A stretch of 32,000 bases of DNA from Vibrio vulnificus CMCP6. Lineage in GTDB: Bacteria > Pseudomonadota > Gammaproteobacteria > Enterobacterales > Vibrionaceae. Location of the stretch: assembly GCF_000039765.1 (NCBI RefSeq), contig NC_004459.3, positions 1,320,001 to 1,352,000 of the forward strand. Reading direction: 5' to 3'. The notes under the pieces were generated by a model that saw only the letters and a program-made list of their open reading frames with translations, did no database searches and had not been told where the DNA came from. Below, one piece after another: positions 1 to 9,890 of this stretch; the first letter of the stretch is position 1; each line of letters begins with the position of its first letter. The position numbers and the translations under genes were made by a program.

Positions 1-179
1 ATTATGCACCAATGTTCAAGTTGTTTGATTTGTACGATATTGAGCACGTGTACGTTTGCCAGCAATCGCTGCAGCAACGTGGCTTAACGAGTGAAGATTT
101 GCTCATTGAGGTCGAGGTGGTTGACACTGCGCAGCTACAAGGTGTTCTTCATAACTCGGCGCAACTGCTTTCATTCTAA
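1..179 (+). CDS. tusC: tRNA 2-thiouridine synthesis protein TusC (DsrF family), C-terminal fragment; the gene starts upstream of the window
   Basis: Frame 3 reads ..[40 protein letters not shown] (TAA 177-179). This resembles the E. coli TusC C-terminus (..FKLLGLYDIEQ.WVC..SLRERGL..). It lies directly 5' of tusB-rpsL, as in enterobacteria. Confidence 0.8.
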   Translation, partial: YAPMFKLFDLYDIEHVYVCQQSLQQRGLTSEDLLIEVEVVDTAQLQGVLHNSAQLLSF

Positions 180-187
180 GGAATATC

Positions 188-463
188 ATGCTTCATTTGA
201 TTAAGAGCTCTCACGCCTTGGAAGAGGCTCTACTCCTCTGCACGGCTTCTGACGCCATCGTCTTATTGGAAGAAGCGGTTTATGCCGCCACATCTGTGCA
301 CCCATTGCAGTCACTCTTACCTAAACAGGGCGTCTATGTGTTGCACGGTGATGTGCTGGCAAGAGGCCTTGAATCGCGACTAAGCACCAATATCGCCATG
401 GTGGACTACCACCAATTGGTTGATTTAACGGTGGAACATTCACCTTCCCTAACGTGGTCGTAA
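188..463 (+). CDS. tusB: tRNA 2-thiouridine synthesis protein TusB (DsrH family), 91 aa
   Basis: The ORF MLHLIKSSH...VDYHQLVDLTVEHSPSLTWS is collinear with E. coli TusB (MLHTLHRSP...IDYTDFVRLTVKHPSQMAW). It starts 9 nt after the tusC stop and precedes rpsL. Confidence 0.85.
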   Translation: MLHLIKSSHALEEALLLCTASDAIVLLEEAVYAATSVHPLQSLLPKQGVYVLHGDVLARGLESRLSTNIAMVDYHQLVDLTVEHSPSLTWS

Positions 464-526
464 CCCATTCTTCTGTGCTTGTAGAGGAGAGGAAAACCAG
501 TTGGACAAAAAAGATCCGTATATTTC

Positions 527-555
527 TTGACACACTTCTCACTGCTGCATAGAAT
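527..555 (+). promoter_or_regulatory. Candidate sigma70 promoter of the str operon (TTGACA-17 nt-TAGAAT)
   Basis: TTGACA at 527-532, an exact 17-nt spacer, and TAGAAT at 550-555, about 80 nt upstream of the rpsL ATG. Confidence 0.6.
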
Positions 556-631
556 TTTGCGTCCCTAACTCGCTTGCGTGGTTGGGGATTAGATTTTTCA
601 CAAAGCTTACTTTAAGTAAATCAGGAGCTAG

Positions 632-1009
<378 letters not shown>

Positions 1010-1102
1010 TGCCCTTCTTGTTACAAGAGAAGCGTTAAGTAAGGCCAAACACTAAAATTAAATTTTAATTTTGAAGAAACTGAAAAGTTTTGGATAACCT
1101 GA

Positions 1103-1597
<495 letters not shown>

Positions 1598-1605
1598 TAC
1601 CTTCT

Positions 1606-1635
1606 GTGCTGCGAGGTCCTCTCGCAGCACTTTTC
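1606..1635 (+). terminator. Terminator-like (attenuator?) hairpin between rpsG and fusA
   Basis: GTGCTGCGAG (1606-1615) pairs perfectly with CTCGCAGCAC (1621-1630) across a 5-nt loop, followed by TTTTC. It lies 9 nt after the rpsG stop and 38 nt before the fusA GTG. Confidence 0.45.
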
Positions 1636-1672
1636 TACACTCTAAGGAATCCCTTAGTAAGAGGATACAATC

Positions 1673-3772
1673 GTGGCTCGTAAAACTCCTATTGAGCGCT
1701 ACCGTAACATCGGTATCTGTGCTCACGTAGATGCAGGTAAAACAACCACAACTGAGCGTATTCTGTTCTACACTGGCCTTTCTCACAAAATCGGCGAAGT
1801 TCACGATGGTGCTGCAACCATGGACTGGATGGAGCAGGAGCAGGAGCGTGGTATCACAATCACATCTGCTGCGACTACGACCTTCTGGCGTGGTATGGAA
1901 GCACAATTCCAAGATCATCGCGTAAACATCATTGATACCCCTGGACACGTTGACTTTACTATCGAAGTAGAGCGTTCTCTTCGTGTACTAGATGGTGCTG
2001 TGGTTGTGTTCTGTGGCTCATCTGGTGTTGAACCTCAGTCTGAAACTGTATGGCGTCAAGCAGACAAATACCACGTTCCACGTATGGTATTCGTTAACAA
2101 GATGGACCGTGCAGGCGCAGACTTCCTACGCGTTGTGGACCAAATTAAAAATCGTCTTGGTGCAAATCCTGTTCCGATTCAACTAAACGTTGGTGCGGAA
2201 GAGGACTTTAAAGGTGTCATCGACCTAATCAAGATGAAAATGATCAACTGGAATGAAGCCGATCAAGGCATGACCTTCACTTATGAAGAGATTCCAGCGG
2301 ACATGATCGAACTTGCTGAAGAATGGCGCAACAACCTTGTTGAAGCGGCAGCGGAAGCAAGCGAAGAGCTAATGGATAAGTACCTTGAAGAAGGTGAGCT
2401 GACTGAAGCTGAGATCAAACAAGCCTTACGTGCTCGTACACTAAACAACGAAATCGTACTTGCTACTTGTGGTAGTGCGTTCAAAAACAAAGGTGTTCAA
2501 GCGGTATTGGATGCAGTGATCGAATACTTACCATCGCCAATTGATGTTCCTGCTATCAAGGGTATCGACGAAAATGACAACGAAGTTGAGCGTCATGCTG
2601 ACGACAACGAGCCGTTTTCTGCGTTGGCATTCAAGATTGCAACTGACCCATTTGTAGGAACGCTAACCTTTATTCGTGTCTACTCTGGTGTGGTAAATAC
2701 AGGTGATGCTGTTTACAACTCCGTGAAGCAAAAGAAAGAGCGTTTTGGACGTATCGTTCAGATGCACGCGAATAAACGTGAAGAAATTAAAGAAGTTCGC
2801 GCAGGTGACATCGCAGCAGCGATTGGTCTGAAAGACGTTACAACGGGTGATACTCTCTGTAACTCAGATCATAAAGTGATCCTTGAACGAATGGAATTCC
2901 CTGAGCCAGTGATTCAAATCGCGGTTGAACCGCGTTCGAAAGCTGACCAGGAGAAAATGGGTATTGCACTAGGTAAACTGGCTGCAGAAGATCCATCATT
3001 CCGCGTAGAAACGGATGCGGAAACTGGTCAGACGCTGATCTCTGGTATGGGTGAACTACACCTAGATATCATCGTTGATCGCATGAAGCGTGAATTCAGC
3101 GTGGATTGTAACGTAGGTAAACCTCAGGTTGCTTACCGTGAAACTATTCGTGGTAAATCGGAAGTTGAAGGCAAGTTTGTTCGTCAATCAGGCGGTCGTG
3201 GTCAATATGGTCACGTGTGGATCAAACTTGAACCTTCGGAACCTGGTGCAGGTTTTGTCTTTGTTGATGAAGTGGTTGGTGGTGTTATTCCTAAGGAATA
3301 CATCAGCTCGGTAGCGAAAGGTATCGAAGAACAAATGAATAGTGGTGTGCTAGCGGGTTACCCAGTACTCGATATTAAAGCAACACTATTTGACGGTTCT
3401 TACCACGATGTCGACTCGAGCGAAATGGCGTTTAAGATCGCTGGTTCGATGGCATTCAAGAAGGGCGCACTAGAAGCGCAACCTGTTATTCTTGAGCCTA
3501 TGATGAAGGTTGAAGTAACCACTCCAGAAGACTGGATGGGTGACGTGGTGGGTGACTTGAACCGTCGCCGCGGCATCATTGAAGGTATGGATGAAGGCGT
3601 GGCTGGTCTGAAGATCATTCGCGCTCAAGTGCCACTCTCTGAGATGTTTGGTTACGCTACCGACCTGCGCTCTGCGACTCAAGGTCGTGCCTCTTACTCG
3701 ATGGAATTCTTCGAGTATGCAGAAGTGCCTAAGAACATTGCGGAAGCAATTGTCGCAGAACGTGGCTACTAA
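1673..3772 (+). CDS. fusA: Translation elongation factor G (GTG start)
   Basis: 699 aa, (M)[34 protein letters not shown].., with the full set of EF-G domains. Follows rpsG. Confidence 0.99.
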   Translation: MARKTPIERYRNIGICAHVDAGKTTTTERILFYTGLSHKIGEVHDGAATMDWMEQEQERGITITSAATTTFWRGMEAQFQDHRVNIIDTPGHVDFTIEVERSLRVLDGAVVVFCGSSGVEPQSETVWRQADKYHVPRMVFVNKMDRAGADFLRVVDQIKNRLGANPVPIQLNVGAEEDFKGVIDLIKMKMINWNEADQGMTFTYEEIPADMIELAEEWRNNLVEAAAEASEELMDKYLEEGELTEAEIKQALRARTLNNEIVLATCGSAFKNKGVQAVLDAVIEYLPSPIDVPAIKGIDENDNEVERHADDNEPFSALAFKIATDPFVGTLTFIRVYSGVVNTGDAVYNSVKQKKERFGRIVQMHANKREEIKEVRAGDIAAAIGLKDVTTGDTLCNSDHKVILERMEFPEPVIQIAVEPRSKADQEKMGIALGKLAAEDPSFRVETDAETGQTLISGMGELHLDIIVDRMKREFSVDCNVGKPQVAYRETIRGKSEVEGKFVRQSGGRGQYGHVWIKLEPSEPGAGFVFVDEVVGGVIPKEYISSVAKGIEEQMNSGVLAGYPVLDIKATLFDGSYHDVDSSEMAFKIAGSMAFKKGALEAQPVILEPMMKVEVTTPEDWMGDVVGDLNRRRGIIEGMDEGVAGLKIIRAQVPLSEMFGYATDLRSATQGRASYSMEFFEYAEVPKNIAEAIVAERGY

Positions 3773-3827
3773 TCGGGAGTATTGATCGTGAAAAAGGTTC
3801 TTTTTTGCAGATCAATACGTCCAAATA

Positions 3828-3856
3828 TTGCGCTGACGAGCGTTGGCGCATAAAAT
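3828..3856 (+). promoter_or_regulatory. Candidate tufA-proximal sigma70 promoter (TTGCGC-17 nt-TAAAAT)
   Basis: TTGCGC at 3828-3833, a 17-nt spacer, and TAAAAT at 3851-3856, inside the 150-nt fusA-tufA spacer. Motif match only. Confidence 0.3.
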
Positions 3857-3922
3857 AACAATTTCTGGCGCGTCTCGATCAATTCTGATCGTGGCGAATC
3901 ATAACTAGGAAGGAACACGAAC

Positions 3923-5107
3923 GTGTCTAAAGAAAAATTTGAACGTGTAAAACCGCACGTAAACGTTGGTACTATCGGCCACGTTGACCACGGTAAAACA
4001 ACTCTAACTGCAGCTATCTGTACTACTCTTGCAAAAGTTTACGGCGGTGCTGCTCGTGACTTCGCATCAATCGACAACGCTCCAGAAGAGCGTGAGCGTG
4101 GTATCACAATCTCTACTTCTCACGTAGAGTACGACACTCCAGCTCGCCACTACGCACACGTAGACTGTCCTGGACACGCTGACTATGTTAAAAACATGAT
4201 CACTGGTGCTGCACAGATGGACGGTGGTATCCTAGTTGTTGCTGCGACAGATGGCCCAATGCCACAAACTCGTGAGCACATCCTACTAGGCCGTCAGGTT
4301 GGTATCCCTTACATCATCGTATTCATGAACAAATGTGACATGGTTGATGATGAAGAGCTTCTAGAGCTAGTAGAAATGGAAGTTCGTGAACTTCTATCTG
4401 AGTACGACTTCCCAGGTGATGACCTACCAGTTATCCAAGGTTCTGCACTAGGCGCACTAAACGGCGAAGAGCAGTGGGAAGCGAAAATCATCGAACTAGC
4501 TGAAGCTCTAGATACTTACATCCCAGAGCCAGAGCGTGCAATCGATCTACCATTCCTAATGCCAATCGAAGACGTATTCTCAATCCAAGGTCGTGGTACA
4601 GTAGTAACTGGCCGTATCGAGCGTGGTATTCTGAAAGTTGGTGATGAAGTAGCAATCGTAGGTATCAAAGATACTACAACTACTACATGTACTGGTGTTG
4701 AGATGTTCCGTAAGCTTCTAGACGAAGGTCGTGCGGGTGAGAACGTTGGTGCCCTACTACGTGGTACTAAGCGTGATGAAGTAGAACGTGGCCAAGTACT
4801 TGCTAAGCCAGGTTCAATCACTCCACACACTAAGTTCGAATCAGAAGTATACGTACTTTCTAAAGATGAAGGTGGTCGTCACACTCCATTCTTCAAAGGC
4901 TACCGTCCACAGTTCTACTTCCGTACAACTGACGTAACTGGTGATATCTCTCTACCAGAAGGCGTAGAAATGGTAATGCCTGGTGACAACATCCAAATGG
5001 TTGTTGAGCTAATCTCTCCAATCGCGATGGACGAAGGTCTACGTTTCGCGATCCGTGAAGGTGGCCGTACTGTTGGTGCTGGTGTTGTTGCTAAGATCTT
5101 CGCATAA
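3923..5107 (+). CDS. tufA: Translation elongation factor Tu (GTG start)
   Basis: 394 aa, (M)[31 protein letters not shown].. Canonical EF-Tu. Its position after fusA identifies it as the tufA copy. Confidence 0.99.
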   Translation: MSKEKFERVKPHVNVGTIGHVDHGKTTLTAAICTTLAKVYGGAARDFASIDNAPEERERGITISTSHVEYDTPARHYAHVDCPGHADYVKNMITGAAQMDGGILVVAATDGPMPQTREHILLGRQVGIPYIIVFMNKCDMVDDEELLELVEMEVRELLSEYDFPGDDLPVIQGSALGALNGEEQWEAKIIELAEALDTYIPEPERAIDLPFLMPIEDVFSIQGRGTVVTGRIERGILKVGDEVAIVGIKDTTTTTCTGVEMFRKLLDEGRAGENVGALLRGTKRDEVERGQVLAKPGSITPHTKFESEVYVLSKDEGGRHTPFFKGYRPQFYFRTTDVTGDISLPEGVEMVMPGDNIQMVVELISPIAMDEGLRFAIREGGRTVGAGVVAKIFA

Positions 5108-5164
5108 TTCTTTGAATTAAACGAAATCTTGCACTCTTCTTCAATTTGAAGAACAGCGCACAAG

Positions 5165-5197
5165 AAAAGAGGAAGCTTTGGCTTCCTCTTTTCGTTT
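5165..5197 (+). terminator. Rho-independent terminator of the str operon
   Basis: GAGGAAGC (5169-5176) / GCTTCCTC (5181-5188) with loop TTTG. An A-tract lies upstream and TTTTCGTTT downstream. Confidence 0.9.
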
Positions 5198-5255
5198 ATA
5201 TAAAACAGAGCTCGCTTAATAACAAAATAGTCTAAAAACACGCATTACATAGCAT

Positions 5256-5274
5256 GGTAATGATAATGATTATC
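5256..5274 (+). promoter_or_regulatory. Fur box upstream of bfd-bfr
   Basis: GGTAATGATAATGATTATC matches the 19-bp Fur consensus GATAATGATAATCATTATC at 17 of 19 positions. It lies 41 nt upstream of the bfd ATG. Confidence 0.8.
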
Positions 5275-5314
5275 TATTATATTTAACATCGTAATTGATA
5301 GGTTGAGTTGTAAT

Positions 5315-5503
5315 ATGTACGTTTGTTTGTGTCATGGTGTTTCAGACAAGAAAATTCGCAAGCTTGTTATTGAGCAAGGTGTTGCGGATATTCGCGGAAT
5401 CAAAAAGTGCACTGCATTGGGAAGTCAATGTGGCAAATGCATACGTATGGCGAAAGAGATTATCAACGAGACTGCTCCGGCACTATTCAAGCAAGCCAGT
5501 TAA
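5315..5503 (+). CDS. bfd: Bacterioferritin-associated ferredoxin (2Fe-2S), 62 aa
   Basis: [18 protein letters not shown]...[15 protein letters not shown] is collinear with E. coli Bfd (MYVCLCNGISDKKIR...GNQCGKCVR). I chose ATG 5315 over the track's TTG 5303. Confidence 0.9.
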   Translation: MYVCLCHGVSDKKIRKLVIEQGVADIRGIKKCTALGSQCGKCIRMAKEIINETAPALFKQAS

Positions 5504-5576
5504 CCTAAACGGCTTTCTTTTTGACACCTTCTCAATTGGTTCTACAGTTATAGAAGCCAAAGAGGAGGGCTATGTC

Positions 5577-6053
5577 ATGAAAGGCGATCCAATAATTATT
5601 CAACATCTCAACAAAGTATTAGGCAATGAACTGATTGCCATCAACCAGTACTTTCTCCATGCCCGCATGTATAAAGATTGGGGGCTCAAGCACCTCGCGG
5701 ACAAGGAATATCACGAATCAATCGATGAGATGAAGCATGCAGACCATCTTGTTGAGCGCATTTTGTTTCTTGAAGGCATCCCAAATCTGCAAGACCTAGG
5801 TAAGCTCATGATTGGCGAAGATACTCAAGAAATGCTGGAGTGCGATTTAAAGCTAGAGATGGCTGCCATTCCCGATCTAAAAGCGGCGATTGCCTACGCA
5901 GAAGATGTGCACGACTATGTGTCACGTGATCTTTTCCAAGATATCTTAGAAGACGAAGAAGAGCATGTGGATTGGCTTGAGACGCAACTAGGCCTTATTC
6001 AATTGACGGGTATTGAAAACTACTTACAGGCCCAGTTTGTTGATGAGGATTAA
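5577..6053 (+). CDS. bfr: Bacterioferritin, 158 aa
   Basis: [37 protein letters not shown].. is canonical Bfr. ATG 5577 is preceded by AAGAGGAGGG. The track ORF (from 5334) is a spurious 5' extension that overlaps bfd. Confidence 0.95.
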   Translation: MKGDPIIIQHLNKVLGNELIAINQYFLHARMYKDWGLKHLADKEYHESIDEMKHADHLVERILFLEGIPNLQDLGKLMIGEDTQEMLECDLKLEMAAIPDLKAAIAYAEDVHDYVSRDLFQDILEDEEEHVDWLETQLGLIQLTGIENYLQAQFVDED

Positions 6054-6088
6054 TCTGACCTCTATTTCTAACGTACCCACAAGCAAAA

Positions 6089-6106
6089 GGCGAGTTCTCA
6101 CTCGCC
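6089..6106. terminator. Hairpin terminator between convergent bfr and galE
   Basis: GGCGAGT (6089-6095) / ACTCGCC (6100-6106) with a 4-nt loop. There is an A-run on the + side (T-run for the minus-strand galE transcript) and CTTATT after it on +. Confidence 0.7.
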
Positions 6107-6149
6107 CTTATTGTGTTAGCAATACAGCAAAACGTGTCAGTGATGGCGA

Positions 6150-7160
6150 TTACTCATAGCCATTTGGGTTGTTGGATTGCCAACGCCAAGTATCTACCAC
6201 CATGGTCTCTAGTGAGCGTGTCGCTTTCCATCCCAATACTTGTTCCGCATAGGCAGGATCGGCCCAGCATTCAGCAATATCACCGGCACGGCGAGGTTTG
6301 ATTTCGTAAGGAATAGGACGCTGAGCCGCTTTTTCAAAAGCAGCGACCATTTCAAGTACGCTATTCCCTTGGCCGGTACCAAGGTTAAAGATATGCAATC
6401 CTGCTTGCTGCCCCACTTTATTCAAAGCCGCCAAATGACCGTCTGCAAGGTCAATGACGTGAATGTAATCACGAACCCCAGTGCCATCTGGTGTTGGATA
6501 GTCGTCACCAAATACGCCCAGTTTTTCGCGTCGACCAACCGCAACTTGAGCGACAAAGGGCAATAAGTTATTTGGAATGCCTTGAGGATCTTCACCAAGC
6601 AAACCCGACTCGTGAGCGCCAACGGGATTGAAATAACGCAGCAGGGTGATGCTCCAATCAGGATTGGCTTTGTGGAAGTCGGTCAGACACTCTTCCACCA
6701 TCAATTTGCTCCGCCCATAAGGGTTGGTGGCTGAGGTTGGGAAATTTTCACGGATTGGTACGGAGGCGGGATCACCATAGACGGTGGCTGACGAACTGAA
6801 AATAAGGCTCTTAACACCAGCTTTATCCATTTCTCGGACAAGATTTAGGGTGCCTGACACATTGTTATCATAATACATCAGAGGTTTTTCAACCGATTCT
6901 CCTACTGCCTTTAGGCCTGCAAAGTGGATGACGCCCTGGATATCGTGCTGAGCAAAGACGTGTTGCAGAATCTCACTGTCACGAATGTCACCTTGATAGA
7001 AAGTGGGGCGCACGCCTGTGACCTGTTCAATGCGATCGAGTACCAGCAATTTGCTGTTATAAAGATTGTCCAAAATGATGGGCGTCATTCCTGCTTCGAT
7101 CATCTGAATACAGGTGTGGCTGCCAATATAACCGCTGCCACCGGTGACCAGTATGTTCAT
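6150..7160 (-). CDS. galE: UDP-glucose 4-epimerase
   Basis: 336 aa, MNILVTGGSGYIGSHTCIQMIEAG...YFNPVGAH..GIPNNLLPF.. SDR-type GalE with the GxxGxxG and YxxxK context. Confidence 0.93.
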   Translation of the reverse strand: MNILVTGGSGYIGSHTCIQMIEAGMTPIILDNLYNSKLLVLDRIEQVTGVRPTFYQGDIRDSEILQHVFAQHDIQGVIHFAGLKAVGESVEKPLMYYDNNVSGTLNLVREMDKAGVKSLIFSSSATVYGDPASVPIRENFPTSATNPYGRSKLMVEECLTDFHKANPDWSITLLRYFNPVGAHESGLLGEDPQGIPNNLLPFVAQVAVGRREKLGVFGDDYPTPDGTGVRDYIHVIDLADGHLAALNKVGQQAGLHIFNLGTGQGNSVLEMVAAFEKAAQRPIPYEIKPRRAGDIAECWADPAYAEQVLGWKATRSLETMVVDTWRWQSNNPNGYE

Positions 7161-7284
7161 AGTTGTCCTCTGAAATTATATTTCCAATTATCTAGCCAAA
7201 TTAACTTTGTGAGTTTATTAGAAAAGATTCTCGATGAACAGAATAGGGCAAAACCAAATTCGAGAAATGTTGAGGCTAAAATAA

Positions 7285-7312
7285 AGGGCGTATTCCCGAA
7301 GAAATACGCCCT
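7285..7312 (-). terminator. Rho-independent terminator downstream of tpiA
   Basis: AGGGCGTAT (7285-7293) / ATACGCCCT (7304-7312). On the minus strand it is followed by TTATTTTA. Confidence 0.8.
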
Positions 7313-7338
7313 AAATACAAAGATAGGATGGCGTTGAA

Positions 7339-8109
7339 TTACGCTTTCATTTTCGCTGCTGCTTTCGCGATCGCTGCGAAGCTCTTAGCATCTAGAGATG
7401 CGCCACCAACAAGAGCACCATCGATGTCTGGTTGTGCGAAGTAAGCTTCCGCGTTTTCTGGCTTAACAGAACCACCGTATTGGATGATCACTTGCTCTGC
7501 TACTGCAGCATCTTTTGCTGCGATCATCGCACGGATAGAGGCGTGGATACGCTGTGCATCTTCTGCTGTTGCAGCTTTACCTGTACCGATCGCCCAGATT
7601 GGTTCGTAAGCGATGATGGCACCGTTTAGCGCTTCAACACCGTATGCGTCGATCACTGCGTTGATTTGACGTGCACAAACGGCTTCAGTTTCGCCTGCTT
7701 CGTTTTGCGCTTCAGTTTCACCGATACAGAAAACTGGTTTTAGACCATTTTCTTTCAGGAATGCAAACTTCTTCGCTACGAACTCATCTGATTCATTGTG
7801 GTATTCACGACGCTCAGAGTGACCAATAATGATGTGAGTAGCACCAAAGTCTTTTAGCATTGCAGGAGACATGTCGCCAGTGAATGCACCGCTGTTGTTG
7901 ATGTCAGTGTTTTGTGCACCAAGAATGATCTTGTTGCCACCTTCAGCGATTAGGCGCTCTGCAAGGTCGATGTAAAGTGCTGGCGGCGCTACCGCTACGT
8001 CTACACCTTCAACGCCTTCTAGTTCAGCGTTTAGACCAGTTAGCAGTTCAGCAACCATAGTTTTGCTGCCGTTAAGTTTCCAGTTACCCATCACTACAGG
8101 ACGACGCAT
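7339..8109 (-). CDS. tpiA: Triosephosphate isomerase
   Basis: 256 aa, [19 protein letters not shown]...[24 protein letters not shown]. Canonical TIM motifs. Confidence 0.98.
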   Translation of the reverse strand: MRRPVVMGNWKLNGSKTMVAELLTGLNAELEGVEGVDVAVAPPALYIDLAERLIAEGGNKIILGAQNTDINNSGAFTGDMSPAMLKDFGATHIIIGHSERREYHNESDEFVAKKFAFLKENGLKPVFCIGETEAQNEAGETEAVCARQINAVIDAYGVEALNGAIIAYEPIWAIGTGKAATAEDAQRIHASIRAMIAAKDAAVAEQVIIQYGGSVKPENAEAYFAQPDIDGALVGGASLDAKSFAAIAKAAAKMKA

Positions 8110-8411
8110 AGGAATATCTCCATATCTTTATTGAATCGAAGTCTTCACAGGCGAACCAATGAAGCCAATTTATGTAAAAAATCTACGTAGGAATATAACA
8201 GAAATATGTGGATAGATCATGACTCGTGTCATTTCTTGTCGCTTTCTTTGGCTGGTCAGAGCGCGTCAAACTCACTGATATTTCGCTCAGACGAAAACGA
8301 TTGGTGATCTATCCTGCATAACCATAGCCAATTACTCGGAATTTGTCGGTGAGCTTGGTATTACTCTATGTCAGCGTTACCAATCGAAAATCGGCAACAA
8401 AAGGAAGTATC

Positions 8412-8759
8412 ATGCCAAATCTAGTCTTAGAGTATTCAAATTCCGTTGAAGAACGCGTCAATATTCCCGGTTTATTGGAGGATCTTCACCACATTGCCAT
8501 CAAAAGTGGCTTGTTCGACGCGCCATCGGTTAAGTCGCGAACGCTGCGCTGCCACCATTGGTTGATCGGAGAAGAAGGGGACAGTGTCGACTTTATTCAT
8601 GTTAGCTTTGATTTATTATCAGGACGAACCGAAGAACAAAAACGAGAACTCTCGCGCCAATTGATGGCAGCTCTTCAGGAAACCGCTAGCCATGTGCGCA
8701 GTTTGACGGTGAATATTCGAGATATGGATAAGGATAGTTTTCAGAAGGTGGTAAACTGA
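8412..8759 (+). CDS. 5-carboxymethyl-2-hydroxymuconate isomerase-like protein (tautomerase superfamily), 115 aa
   Basis: MPNLVLEYSNSVEERVNIPGLL... is collinear with HpcD/CHMI (MPHFIVECSDNIRE..LPGLF). An N-terminal Met-Pro is typical of tautomerases. ATG 8412 is preceded by AAAGGAAG. The track start at 8343 is rejected. Confidence 0.7.
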   Translation: MPNLVLEYSNSVEERVNIPGLLEDLHHIAIKSGLFDAPSVKSRTLRCHHWLIGEEGDSVDFIHVSFDLLSGRTEEQKRELSRQLMAALQETASHVRSLTVNIRDMDKDSFQKVVN

Positions 8760-8816
8760 TCCCCATTGCGTTACTTTTTGGGTAACGGTGGTGTATCTGG
8801 TTTGGGATTGTATTTG

Positions 8817-9239
8817 ATGTCGTTAAAAGAACTGCTTTTTTCTTTCCAAGGTCGTATCGGCCGTAAAACATATTGGCTTTGGAATTTGTGTTATTACTTG
8901 GGTATTTTGGGTTTTGTGACCGCAGTGTCGAAGTTATTCCCTGCCTATAGCTATATTTTGCTACCGATCTTCTTACTGGCTTTACTCATCCCAGATTTAG
9001 CGGTGACTACAAAACGCTGGCATGACCGCAATAAATCGGCGTATTGGTTAGTACTGAACATACCTTTGATCTTAGGCCGTTTGGCGACGCCTTTGTCTGC
9101 TCCTTTAGCACAAGAGCCGAGTGGCATGGAGACATTGATTGGCTCGATAGCGTTGCTATGTGGTGCTTGGATTTTGTTAGAGTGTGGTTTTCTCAAAGGG
9201 ACAGAAGGCAGCAACCGTTATGGCGAGCCTGAACGCTAA
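8817..9239 (+). CDS. DUF805-family inner-membrane protein (YhaH/YiiR-like), 140 aa
   Basis: MSLKELLFSFQGRIGRKTYWLW...TTKRWHDRNKSAYW...GSNRYGEPER carries the DUF805 signatures (GRI.R..YW, RRxHD..xSxWW, NRYG). Hydrophobic segments are present. E. coli has a DUF805 gene (yiiR) near tpiA. Confidence 0.75.
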   Translation: MSLKELLFSFQGRIGRKTYWLWNLCYYLGILGFVTAVSKLFPAYSYILLPIFLLALLIPDLAVTTKRWHDRNKSAYWLVLNIPLILGRLATPLSAPLAQEPSGMETLIGSIALLCGAWILLECGFLKGTEGSNRYGEPER

Positions 9240-9262
9240 CTAAGAGATTGAATCGTATCTGA

Positions 9263-9296
9263 AACCAATAAGGCCCCATTGTGGGCCTTATTGGTT
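9263..9296. terminator. Bidirectional rho-independent terminator (14-bp stem)
   Basis: AACCAATAAGGCCC (9263-9276) / GGGCCTTATTGGTT (9283-9296) with loop CATTGT. The + side runs into TTTT. It lies between the convergent DUF805 and DUF3135-like genes. Confidence 0.9.
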
Positions 9297-9306
9297 TTCG
9301 CTCAAA

Positions 9307-9645
9307 CTAATAAAAGCCTTTGGGTGCAAAAGGTATCACTTCTGCGCTGGGTGCTTGTAATTCTGAGCCATCACTGTCCAGTGCTTCACGAAATTTGACC
9401 ATCTGTTTGGTTAACTCATTCATCAAAACCACGTTAGTGTGGACGGGGTTTTTACAACGGCTAATCACCAAATCGATATGGCTTTGCTGTGCAAGTAACC
9501 TCTCTCTCATGGCCTCAGAAGCTGATTGAATCATCTCCTGACACATATCTTGCTTGAATTGATTAAACGCATCTGGATTCTCTGCGGCGAGCGCCATCAT
9601 CTCATCAAACGATGGTAACTGTTGCTCCGTTTGAAGACTGCCCAT
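9307..9645 (-). CDS. Small hypothetical protein, DUF3135-like, 112 aa
   Basis: MGSLQTEQQLPSFDEMMALAAENPDAFNQFKQDMCQEMIQ.. The start at ATG 9645 is preceded by GGGAGAG. The family assignment is from memory of DUF3135 (LPSFDEL...NP.AF) and is not verified. Confidence 0.6.
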   Translation of the reverse strand: MGSLQTEQQLPSFDEMMALAAENPDAFNQFKQDMCQEMIQSASEAMRERLLAQQSHIDLVISRCKNPVHTNVVLMNELTKQMVKFREALDSDGSELQAPSAEVIPFAPKGFY

Positions 9646-9890
9646 AACGACTCTCCCTGTGTTCTGCTGTTGATAAAATAAACAGTATCTATACACAAAG
9701 CATATGTCAGATTCGGTAAATGGAAAGGGAGGAAATTGCTTGTCCAAAAAATGATACAGTGAGTTCGACTTTGAGATGAGCAGAGTTAGATGGTCGATGA
9801 AGAGAGAAGCGTCTCTACTCCTGGAGATTATCAAGCCTTTTCTTTACTAATCCTATGGCGCATAATATCTGCACAGGGCAAGAGGGAAAC

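Noticed and set aside
3923-5107. The possibility that the unusual adjacency of the str operon and the tpiA block arose by recombination between tufA and tufB copies.
   Set aside because: The synteny seam lies after bfd-bfr (around 6054-7338), not at tuf. fusA-tufA-terminator-Fur box-bfd is a normal contiguous arrangement.
5334-5576. An 81-codon N-terminal extension of the bfr ORF that overlaps bfd in another frame.
   Set aside because: Bfr homology begins exactly at ATG 5577, which has a strong AAGAGGAGGG RBS. The extension has no homology and would overlap the real bfd gene.
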